Source: Ramazzottius varieornatus
Taxonomy: Eukaryota; Animalia; Tardigrada
Assembly: GCA_001949185.1 (NCBI GenBank)
Contig: BDGG01000002.1
Coordinates: forward strand, 6,128,448 to 6,192,447
Direction: 5' to 3'
DNA: 64,000 nt
Shown: positions 56,258 through 64,000 of the stretch, one piece after another
Layout of the letters: each line of letters starts with the position of its first letter
Numbering within the stretch: the first letter of the stretch is position 1
Notes under the pieces: generated by a model
Seen by the model: only the letters and a program-made list of their open reading frames with translations
Database searches by the model: none
Told to the model about the DNA's origin: nothing
Program-made: the position numbers and the translations under genes

Positions 56258-59200
56258 TTACTCTGAAGGAGAATCAGTCTTGTTATTCGCTACAGGTGAA
56301 TCGTTATTCGAGCGATTTGCGGAAGCTTCACCTTGTTGTACTTGACGAACTCTTGCTTCTGCTTCCCGCACTCTTACGGCAGCTCGACGCTGAATCTCGA
56401 GATCGAGAGCTGCCGAAGTCGAGCTAAGTTCTGATTGTGCGAGAGCTTCACGTAGCTGTCTCTGACGAGCTTCTTGCATTAACTGCACCCTTTCTTTCGC
56501 TTGACGTGTCAGCTCCTGTTGAGCCGTCTCAACTGTATTCTGGCTACCTTCCACACCGGTAGACGGGTGGAGCAAGGCCCGTCGTCCCACTGCGTTCCCC
56601 GTGAAGCCTCTTGGTTGTGCAGCAGGTCTTTGATATGCCACTTCCGGTTGGTTCAGAACGTATGCTCTGTACGGAGGAGGAACCTATACATGAAACAAAA
56701 TATTTAGTGATACTGTGCTGTGAATGTCTGAACTGCAACCACATACCGGCATCCGTTGTTGAGGCGCCGGATTGCCCATCCGTACGGTAGGCATCTTTGG
56801 GGAAACGTAGATGGTGTTTGGTAGGTTCTGCTGGTTTGGAGCAGTGTTACGGTAAGTTGCGCCGGTGAAGTTGTTGACGGGAACCCATGGCGAGGAAGCG
56901 GCAACATCGCTCTTGTCCAGGCCGTACCGTCGATGAAGTTCATCGGCGGACTGGGGACCTTGTGGGCGTGGGTCAGTGTGGAAGCTGGGAATGACACCAC
57001 GCTTTTGTTGCTGTCTCATGGCTTCTAACATTTGCTGATGCTGCTGTTGGTTGCGCTGTTGCTGTTGCTGTTGCTGCTGCTGGCGTTGCAGGTCTTGCGC
57101 AATGAATTTCCGGCGCATGTCGTTGATTATAGGACGAAGGATAAGCATGTCCTGACGAATCTTCTTCACTGTGTCTTGAATCCTTTCGACACGATTTAGG
57201 TTACGCGGCACCTGAAAACATTGGTAGGAGCAACCGTTAGCGTCAACATGTGGTTCGTCCTTCTTCATTTCGTTAGTTGGAAGGTCGGTTAAGGAAACGT
57301 ACAGGATCTTCACCTCAGGTGGCGCATGATCTTATTGCCATTGGCTGGATGCATGGGCCACTCAAGAAACGTTTCGTTTCCGGCCTCCCGTTCAATCTTG
57401 TTGTAATTAATATTAAACTTATTTCATTCTAGCTTTTGATATAATCCACGTCCTAGAACTGACTACATTTCTGGATCGTACGTACATGTTTGAGATATCG
57501 CTGAATGAAGGTTTCCAGCGAGACGAAGTCGTCCTTCTCGCACTTAAACTTAACACAGCGGTTCTTGTTAGCGTTGAAGGCATCGGCCACCTTGATCGGG
57601 TTGATAAGTCTTCCTTCGAATGGATCACCCTTTTCCGCAGGGTTCGAGTCATCGGAGCCCCAACCGTACTTGAGCCAACCAGCCACCGCTTCTTCCGGTT
57701 CTAACGGTGCTTCATCGGCTTCCAGCAGCGAATCGTAGTCCTCCACGTTGACTATCAACCCAGAGTGCCGTTCCAGCAAGCGGATCATGGTAGTGTCTGT
57801 GGGAACTTTGGCCGGCATGAAGGGTTTCTTCGGGTCGAATGGTAACTCTTTGAACTCAAAAATGTCTTCTTGGTTCTTTCCGAAACGCTTGGCGTACTTT
57901 TCTTCCGTGACGCGACCAACCATCGTGTCTTTCTTCAGCTGAGTATCGCATATCTTACTTTCGGTGGTGCCCTGCAACAGCGAAAGGACAGCCGTGAAGC
58001 TAAAATTCATTCGGGATGAAAGCAGTAAACTTACGTAGGATACCAGGCGATACACGTAGACCGGCTTCGTTTGGCCATATCGGTATGCTCGGAATAAAGC
58101 CTGCTTGTCTGTAGTTGGATTCCAACTTGGATCAACTAAGATCACTAAAGCAAAATTCGTACAGGTCGCAAAATCAGTGGAAACCATGTTGACGTGCACA
58201 TCGGAAAAAGTGGAAGATTTTTTACCGTACCTCGGTTTGCGCTGACTAGATTGATGCCCATTCCTGCCGCCTTGATCGACAACAAGAACACTGTGACCCT
58301 GGATGAAGAACAGTATAAGTAAGCACGGTCCCTATTATATCGTCGGAGGGAGTAAGTAGCTTACTTTGGGTCGTTGTTAAACTTGTTGATCCATTCTTGC
58401 CTCTTGTCGATCCCCGTGCTACCATCGAAAGACACGTAGTTCACATTAGGTCTGAACTCTATTCGTCGGCCATCGGGAGTTCTCAGATTTTCCTTATCGA
58501 TGCTAACTAGCAGCTCTTCCAGGCATCCTAGAATAGCGATGCGGTCGGAAAAGATGAGTCTGCAGTAAAAGAAAGGATCTTGGAAGATACAATGGGTAAT
58601 AATACAGTGACACTGAAGCTGCTAACGTATTGGTATGCAGTTTTAACTTACACTTTTTCCTTCAGTGCACAAGCATCCAGCAGGATTTCACGCACAATGG
58701 TGGCTTTTGATCCGAGGCTAGTTATGAAGTTCGCCTCGGAGGGCAACAAGCCTTCAAACCACACGGCAAACTCCTTGTCAATTTCTTCATCAGTCTCACT
58801 TGATGAGTCGGACCTAAATAACAACCATAAACATGGGTTCAGAAGCTCAACTACGTTCCCATAAAACCCGAACGTACCCTTCCTCCTTCGACAACTTGCT
58901 TATACTCGGAACTCCACCCATTATCTGGAACCAAAAAGAAAGGAGCAAGCGTTGAAAACTACAGTATGGCTACTTGAGTACGGCAAGAAAAGCGGAAGGT
59001 CGGCAAACACCGTCGCGGTCCCCACATTCACCTACGCACACCGAACCCTACGTATATCAAGGTATGGATGTATGGAGGTGGGTGCAGAACGAAGACAGGT
59101 TGCTTGTCGGCATTTCAGCCGTGACGAGAGTTTGACTCACCTTCTTGCGTTCATTTTCTTGTTCTTTCTGCAAACACTGAGGATGAAAGGTGATCATTTG

Positions 59201-62200
59201 CGCAGTTGGAACCATCTGCCAGAGAAATCTCTTGTTCCCAGTCGTGGTAACCTTATTACGGTAGTGCTCGATAAGCGCCTTGTACAACGTCGCCTGCATG
59301 TCTGTAAGGCGCAAGGTAATGCGATATTCGGTCTTGGGAGGAATGGTTTCGGTCAGGATGGAGACACCACGAATCTGCAGACACCCCGACAGCAGATGCC
59401 TTAGGATGCCACTGCGCTGTTTCATCAATCTGACGTCAGATGGCGAGGACTCTTTCTTCGAACCTTCTTCGATCGGCAACTGGAACTGATTCTTAAACTC
59501 TTTAGAAGAGCCCAGCAGAGCCGGCTTGACAAAGTTCACCATGGTGTAATCTGAGATAGAAACTATTATCATTCAAACCCCCCAAATAATCCATCATTCG
59601 CTAAGTACTCACATTCGCCCAAGTTGTTCTGCAGAGGAGTTCCGGTCAGTGCGATTCGAGCTGTAATCATCAATTAGGTAACCACTGTTTCATTAGTTAG
59701 CGATAGATGGATACCGTAGTTCTCTTACCTGTAGTCGCAATTTGTGAGATACACAGAAACTGTTTTCCAACGCCGCTCTTCAGCGTGTGGGCTTCATCGC
59801 AGACCAGTATGTCGGGTCCTGAATAATTACGGAATAGTTACGGTACGAATAAACAAAAGTGGCGGGTTCATGACAAGCTGCAAGGTTCTGTAGCGCTTAC
59901 CAGGATCACGTAGGAGGGACAGCAAGGCTTTGTTCTTCCCTTTCTCCGCACGCGTGAGATAGCTCAAGTACAGGCTATATGACATGACCAGAACGCCACC
60001 CTTCTCTTTCCACTCTTGCGCTACCGCAACTGGGCTGTACGCGGTGGAAGTTCCAGACTTCAGGACGTACGACTGCAGAAAAAGATTAATGTGTTTTTGA
60101 TGGGAATTCTGCGGTCATTGTTCAGCTTACTTTGAACGAAGCGTCTTCCGGAATTCTTCTCATCCAGTCTTTCACTTCCGCATTCCAGTTCAAAACGACG
60201 GCTTTGGGACAGAGCACTAAGCAGGTCTTGACATTCAGTTCCAAAGACCCCAGAACTGCTTGCAAGAAGGCTAAGACCTACGAACAAGTATATTCAAATC
60301 CAACAGAAAGCCACGTGGAACGAGTCTTGGAATGCGATCATACTGTACACTGTACGCACAGCAGAAAAATTCCTACCTGTAGAGTTTTCCCAAGTCCCAT
60401 GGAATGGGCCAGGATGCAACCTTGGTATTGTGCGTCCTGGATGTGCTCCACAGATTGTATCACACTTCGATACATGAAGCGCACCCCATCTTTCTGATGT
60501 GGTCGCAGTGCTTTCCATAACTGTGGATGGATTGCAACAGTGACCGGAATTGGCTCTTCGTCTGGCAGTTTCAAGACTGAGATATCCAAAATATTCTCGT
60601 CCAGACCCTAAAAGAGTAAACAGAAAACCGTGAACAAAGCTTGTCGTATTATCCCATTGAACCCCTGACATAGTCACACGGATCAAACCGAGCATAAGTA
60701 GATAGAGCAAACCCCTTACCTTTGCTTCACGCTCTCCTTCGAGTCTATCGACCCGTTCTCGCCTTTCTTCTTCCTGCAGGCAACTTTGAAGCGTGTAATA
60801 ACTTCTCCGAAAGAAAACAACTGTAACTTACGTCCCTCTTCGCACGCCGACTTTCCGCACTAAGCTCATGATCCGCCCATACTTTACGCAATGTTCGATT
60901 CTGTGAAATTACAAAGCCAAAACTGATTACAGGGATGAAATTGCACGTAAAATGGTTTCTTACCGGAAGCCTAACAGGTTTCCGTGATTTATTTCCTTGC
61001 TTCTTCTTAATGGCATCCATGCGTCGCTTTCGCTCTTCGAAGATCAGTCCCCCTCCAGACTCAGACGAACTGTCGAGTGTGACGACGTCGAACTTTTTCT
61101 TCCTCGGTGGCTCAGTAGGCTCGGGAATTTCATCCGAGTCTGATTCTATCAATCGAGGACGCTTTTTGATGATGCTTCTGCGTTCTTTCTTGACCATCGG
61201 TCCCGACGGACTCGACGGTTCGGAAACCTCGAAGAATGGCTTGGTCCTCTTCGACACATTCTCATCGCGAGGCTTCAGCGCCTTTCGTTCCTTTTTCTTC
61301 GTCTCCTTCTTTCCACCGATCTCGCTGCTGTTCTCTCCATCCAATGTGATTTTCTCCGAGACTGCCTTCTCTTTCTTTCCTTCGTCCTTCTTTGCTCCGA
61401 AATTCAAGCCGAGAAGCTCGAGTTCTCGCCGTTCTGCTTCTAGTTCCTCGTCCGTCATCTTACAGTTGGCATTCAGCTGTTCACGGAAATTCAGCCCGCT
61501 GTTCTCGTTAGTCTCGTCCGCGTCAGCTTCACCGTTCTCCTCGCCGTGCAAGGATTCAGCATCGTCGGAAGAATGCTCATCGTCTGCTTCCGATGCCGAA
61601 GTGGAGGAAAACTCACTCTTGGACTCTTCTTCGCCTTCCTCCGGTCCACCAGACTTGCGAGATCGCTTCTTCTCGTTCTTCTCAGCCGCCTTCTCGGCAT
61701 CTAAGAGCTTGAAAAATTCGTCGAAACTTTCGTCTAGAGAAATGAAACCACCGCTGAACTATCAGCATACTTAGTGTGATGAAAAGCGAGCTCTCTTCTG
61801 ACAACATAACAGTAGGAAATTGGCGATGAGAAGCTTTTCTGACAATACTTACTGCTTTCGTCCAGAGACCAGCTATCTCCACCCAAGTCTGTAACACCAA
61901 AACAAGTGCCTGTTACTAGTCCACCAATAAAACAAAAAGTGTGATCATCTAAACAGTACCATACCGCGTTCGACTTTGAAGTCAGCGGGCAGCGGAGACA
62001 GGCTGCGATGTTCTTCATTACTGTCGCCCGACTGGCTTGAAGGTCGCCTGTACCTAACAGACCTCAGGTCGCCCGGATCGCCCTGTCGCAGAGAAAAAAG
62101 TGAAAACACTTTTCCACTCAGCAAAGTTGGTCTCAGATGGTACCTCGCTATCCGTCGCGCTAATTTCGTTCAAAAGAAGCTTCATTTCCTCGTCCTGAAC

Positions 62201-64000
62201 AAAAACTCATTGTGAGCATAACACATTTGAGCCCTCGCATGATAAAGCCTAGTATTCGACGATTTCCGTAGATCGGCTTACCATCTCCGCGTTCCGTATG
62301 GTTTTCTTGGATCGAACAGACAGCTCCTTTTCTGGAGACGGATCATGCTCCGAACCAGTAGTTCCACCGACTTCATTTCCGACCTAAGAACGATGCGGAA
62401 TATCTTGACCTAGGTCTGCTAGAGATCGAGTGACCCATAAGCGACATGTTATCATCGCTCAAACTGGTTTTCCGCAAGTAAAGCGAAACGGTATATACCG
62501 ATCTTATCATTTCTTCAAAACGACGATCCTTCTCTTCGTCGTCCTCTGTAGTGGTTCCCGAGTCAGCGGTATCTACACCGACATAAAGCGACCGTAAGAT
62601 ATGTGAGTTGATACATGAGATACATGGAAGAACCTACCAGATGATTCGGCTGAGTTTTCCAACGGCGAACCAGCCCTGTTACCAAACGGCAGAGTATCTT
62701 CGGCCCGGATTTTCTCTTGGAGCTTGTCCAGATTCGCCAATTCTTCGTCGACGTTGCTAGACGGATCCAGCAGTCTCTGCAAGGCAAGCGAAAGCTCTGA
62801 AGGTCCGGGTTCAGGTTTCCTGGTCTTCGCACGCGTAACTTTCTTGGGTCTAACAGGCTGTTTCTTAGGTGGAGGCCCGAATATTTCCGGACTTTGATCC
62901 CCGTAATTGGTAAACCGCACATGTCCCTCTCCCACAAGAGCTTCTTCCTCATCGTGCCCATGCACCGGCGAAGATACCTCAGCGTTCGGCTGTCCTGCTT
63001 GCTCATCAGCGATACGACGCTGCTCTTCCGGCGCGTCTTCTGCTGTGCGTGAAAGTGCCGAGCTCGTTTCGCTTCGAAGAACAGTGACTTGCTCTTTCAG
63101 CATGCGAAAGAAGTCCAGTAGTCGATCGCGCTTGGCTGGAACGTATGTCCTACCATCCGGTTCTTCAACTGCCATTGAAGGTTCAGCACGACTTTCCTTG
63201 AGAGGAAGATCATGAACTGGTGCCTCAGCAGCTTGTTCTTCTTCGACAAGGGAAGCCGTTGTAGTCGAAGATTCATTGGAGCTTTCGTCTACGCGATCGA
63301 CGGGCGACGGCTCAGTCGTCTCCTCGTCATCGACCGAGATAACCGTCGAGCGGCGCTTTCTCTCGTAGCCTGGTCGGTTTGTATATTCGCCGTCCGAGTC
63401 CATACTTCCATCACTGTCAAATCCATCTACCCGATCTGAGTTCAGGACTTTGTTAGGCACTGCGGAAACAAGGAAAGTATGCTTAAATATGCCTTGTGTG
63501 AGCGGCAGAGGCAGATATGGTGGACAGCTACTCACCTGTTAATGATCCAGCAAGGTAGAAGGTATCTTCCGCATCTTCCGTCTTCACCTTTGGTTCCGCT
63601 GCAGGAGACTTAACTGGAAGAAGTAAAAATGGAGGATCCTTGTTTCCTTCTGCGCTTGGAACTCTGGTTGGTACGGACGGAACCCGTACATCTTCTGATG
63701 AACTGTTAGACGAGATGCAGAACAGTTCGTTATACAAACATGGTTCTGGTGGTACGACGTTGCGTTCTGCTAGGTTTGGCAATGGCTCGGCGGCGATCTT
63801 ATCATTCTTCTTCGACAACGACTCCAGCAGTTTCCGGGTACGTTTGTCCAACAGAAGGCTGGTGTCTTTGTTCTCCACAGCTTTGCAAACCTGTTTAAAC
63901 TTTCGCGAGAGGTATTTGACCCGCTCCTTGGATATGTCGTCCGTATTAGGTCCAATCCGGTCGAATTCCTCCTCCCTGCATTTCTCCGAAGCCTCCTTCA
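56258..64000 (-). CDS. ATRX: ATRX/XNP-like SNF2 chromatin remodeller; 5' part runs off the window
   Basis: [103 protein letters not shown]; ATRX-type KVPTDTTMIRLL..DSLLE..EAVAGW. Long acidic/basic disordered N-terminus; the frame stays open to 64000. Confidence 0.88.
57305..57375. mobile_element. Family A copy 7 (ATRX intron), degenerate
   Basis: GATCTTCACCTCAGGTGGCGCATG-atcttattgccattggctggatg-CATGGGCCACTCAAGAAACG. Confidence 0.55.

Noticed and set aside
57029-57090. CAG/CAA polyglutamine run in ATRX
   Set aside because: A Q-rich C-terminal region is expected in ATRX-family proteins.
61734-62018. Cys-rich ORF as the ATRX ADD zinc finger
   Set aside because: Splice-phase analysis puts the real exons in another frame and the Cys spacing does not fit GATA/PHD fingers. 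The gene runs off the window, so presence or absence of ADD cannot be judged.

Overview
Gene-dense region of a compact animal genome with short spliceosomal introns (mostly 55-100 nt) and two 50-N gaps. An ecdysozoan such as a tardigrade is my guess, not something the sequence proves. Gene models were assembled by hand from splice sites and reading-frame phase. Order: GRIP-like PDZ scaffold (+), Shal/Kv4 channel (-), CCDC51/MITOK (-), NUDT8 (+), USP4/11/15 (-), V-ATPase subunit A (+), MGAT4 (-), NDUFS8 (+), Dmrt99B/DMRTA (+), an orphan four-TM protein (-), ELAPOR/KIAA1324 (-), a CRISP (+), SPSB3 (-), srGAP (-), a small orphan two-exon ORF (-) and a 5'-truncated ATRX-like remodeller (-). I saw no prokaryotic system, CRISPR array, tRNA or rRNA. 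The most notable observations are: (1) a dispersed ~70-bp hairpin family, 7 copies with 6 in introns, whose stem ends co-vary between copies; (2) mutually complementary 16-mers in the V-ATPase A pre-mRNA that bracket an exon and match a 5' splice site; (3) a GRIP that lacks the PDZ4-5 tandem; (4) an invertebrate CRISP with the full 16-Cys CAP-hinge-ICR pattern; (5) several candidate alternative first exons of srGAP, one carrying an MGxCxS acylation motif; (6) two GC-AG introns, one splitting the Kv4 selectivity filter.
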